Assembly (NCBI GenBank): GCA_020536535.1
Contig: JAHLWZ010000834.1
Span: 26,337-90,336, forward strand
Origin: Pelomyxa schiedti
Taxonomy: Eukaryota > Protista > Evosea
Reading direction: 5' to 3'
Length of the DNA: 64,000 bases
Below are positions 61,929 through 64,000 of the stretch, piece after piece. The position numbers and the translations under genes were made by a program. Position 1 is the stretch's first letter; every line of letters begins with the position of its first letter. The notes under the pieces were generated by a model. The model did no database searches. It saw only the letters and a program-made list of their open reading frames with translations, and was not told the origin of the DNA.

Positions 61929-63550
61929 ATGGCAGCCGAAGAATCACTACAGCAACCACAACAAGAGCCGGGCATAACCACAGTGGCACCACCTCCACAG
62001 CAGATCCTCCCTGAGGCCAGTGACCCTCAATTGCCTGAATACAACACCACAACCATATGCACTGTGCCTCAGGGTTTGGCAGGAGTGGGAGACATGGGAG
62101 TAAGAGAAGGAGGTGCCTGCATGCCAATGATGGGTTCTTGTGGTTTCGAGGCTGCCGCTTCTGATGGGGTTTACCCGGCGTTGAGTGGGGGTTGCGTGGT
62201 CGGGGGTGCCGGGGTGTGTGGTTCGGTGGGCGGAGGAATGGAGTTTCCGGGTTATGGGACTGGAACCGGAATTGCAAATGGAATTCCCGGGTGCGGAATT
62301 GTTGGTACACCCATGGGGTTGTTTTGTGGGGAAAGTGGTTTCTCTGTTCTTGGGGGCGCGGACGCGGCGTGCTTACTTGGGCCGCTGGATCAGTTCAATC
62401 AGTTCCAACTCACGGAAATGCTGAGCCAAGTTCAGAACTACCTCCTGCACCATTGCTCTATCTCACCAGAACAGCTTCAGCTCGCCCTGCAACAACTGAA
62501 TAGTGCAGTCCCAAGTGAGGCTCCTCCCTTGAACCCTATGGTGCAGTCCACGGTACTTTGCTATGCAGTATTTGTTGCAGGAGTATTTTTTTCAAGGTAA
62601 CATATACAAGGTTGAGTTGCAGAGCAACGCTGCAGACGGTTTCCTTGGAACAACGCCTTGCATGTCAATAGCGTGGGGAAGGAGGTTCAAAATAGCCCAG
62701 GAGCCACAAGAAACTCAGCGGAAATCATACAAGAATGAAAATAGATACATTCTCCCAAACCCTCTGGTTATTGCATGGACTGGGCAGCCACAAGTACGAT
62801 GTAGTGCAGTGAATGAGTTTTGACTTTTCTTGCCTAGTCGAATGTGGAAGGAACTGTTACAGTGTCGCTTGCAGGAGAGACTGGAGAAGAGCTGAGCCAG
62901 GAGTTACAGGATATACTAGATGGCCCTTCAAAGACCAAGACACTAGATGATGATCACAAAGCCCTTTTCCCCCTGAAGATGCTTGCTACAAGTGCAGAGG
63001 CGAGATACAGGCTAATCTTCAGAGTGAGATACCAACTCGATTCATCCGGGGAATGGTTCGATGAAGAGCTAATCACAAAGTCATTCAGAGTAGAATCCAA
63101 TAGGAAGAAGAATGCGTATGGTATGGACCTCTCAATGTTCTGAAAGCATCACAGTTCTGGCTAAATGTTGCTGTAGATAGGCCCAAGGTATTCAAGATGA
63201 AACCTTCAGAAGGATATTGTGGCAGTGAGGTGGACGTGTGGATTTGGGGTGCCAAGTTCAATACTGATAAGGCAAATATGAGAGTAATGTTTGGGAACGA
63301 ATATGCCAACATTCATGAATCAGGTGGTACCATTCTGGGCTGCACTGCCCCTCCAAGGTATTTATGTTTCATTTCTCTAAGTGTTATTTGTGGCTTAGTT
63401 GGTTTTGTATCGACAATCAGACCTGGTTTGGGACACGATGTTACAGTGAGAGTGAACGTGGCCAATGTGCACCCTGTGCAGGGGATCATGTGGGCACAGG
63501 ACTATATGGCATATACCTACCTGGCATCCCAGCAAACAAATTTACTGTAA
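61929..63550 (+). CDS. Putative transcription factor with an RHD/p53-like Ig-fold DNA-binding domain and an IPT/TIG domain; alternative start at 61902
   Basis: FKIAQEPQETQRKSYKNENRYILPNP...YRLIFRVRY...ITKSFRVESNRKK, then PKVFKMKPSEGYCGSEVDVWIWGAKF..VMFGNEYA..LGCTAPPR (IPT). Confidence 0.7.
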
Positions 63551-64000
63551 AGCTATAGTAACCAAAGGAATTCCCGTTTTTTCATTGGAGGAATTAATGT
63601 TCCGTTGTTGCCCCTGCTCCTGCTGCTGTTGCTACTGGTGAACTTTAGGAGCAAGGGTAGCAACAGCAGCAGGAGCATAAGCAACCAACTGACTGAACTT
63701 TGCTGTTGTTTCACTTAAATAACTGGACCCGCAATGAAAATCGCAACACTGGCATTAACAAATAGCGTGCACTCAATTGCGCAGTTCAGGTAGGCAGCAA
63801 TTGCATGTGCATGTTGCATTACCACGCTTCTCCATCAAAATCTTTGCCCTTGCGAAAAACGCATCAAAGCTGGAGCATTTGCATATCTGGATCAATGGGC
63901 GGTGATTTTTTTTCCCGATCAAGTTCCTGTAAACGGCTCTGCCCCGTTTTTTTGGGCGGTGATCCAGTCAAAAAGCTGTGAAAAATCACTGCCCGGGGCG

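Noticed and set aside
63560-64000. Possible gene end at the right edge
   Set aside because: No convincing frame or motif on either strand.
1-64000. In-frame stops read as genetic-code reassignment or selenocysteine
   Set aside because: The stops I examined fall inside short introns, and the standard code gives conserved proteins.

Overview
Gene-dense, intron-rich eukaryotic DNA. Most introns are 40-60 nt, intergenic spacers are short, and first exons are often GC-rich and low-complexity. The gene content (cAMP-receptor-like GPCR, GH25 lysozyme, kinase-Sel1 gene, F-box/small-GTPase fusions) suggests an amoebozoan, plausibly an archamoeba such as Pelomyxa; this is inference only. About 27 protein genes were rebuilt by hand from exons, so boundaries are approximate. 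Two RNA genes missed by the ORF track were also found: an SRP (7SL) RNA at ~48311-48575 and a box C/D snoRNA at ~40242-40340. Two 100-N scaffold gaps are each flanked by a 121-nt duplicated overlap. The best candidate for a new system is a prenylated 2OG-Fe(II) dioxygenase / F-box / atypical Rho fusion (40478-42687), a possible O2-responsive SCF adaptor, with a second F-box-GTPase fusion (ankyrin-F-box-Rab) nearby. Other unusual items are a FAM172A/Arb2-RING fusion, an OSCA/TMEM63 channel with a ~300-aa ectodomain, eL30 with a histone-H1-like tail, a Rel/NFAT-like + IPT transcription factor, head-to-head membrane-anchored PLP lyases, a four-GAF phosphodiesterase and several GC-AG introns.
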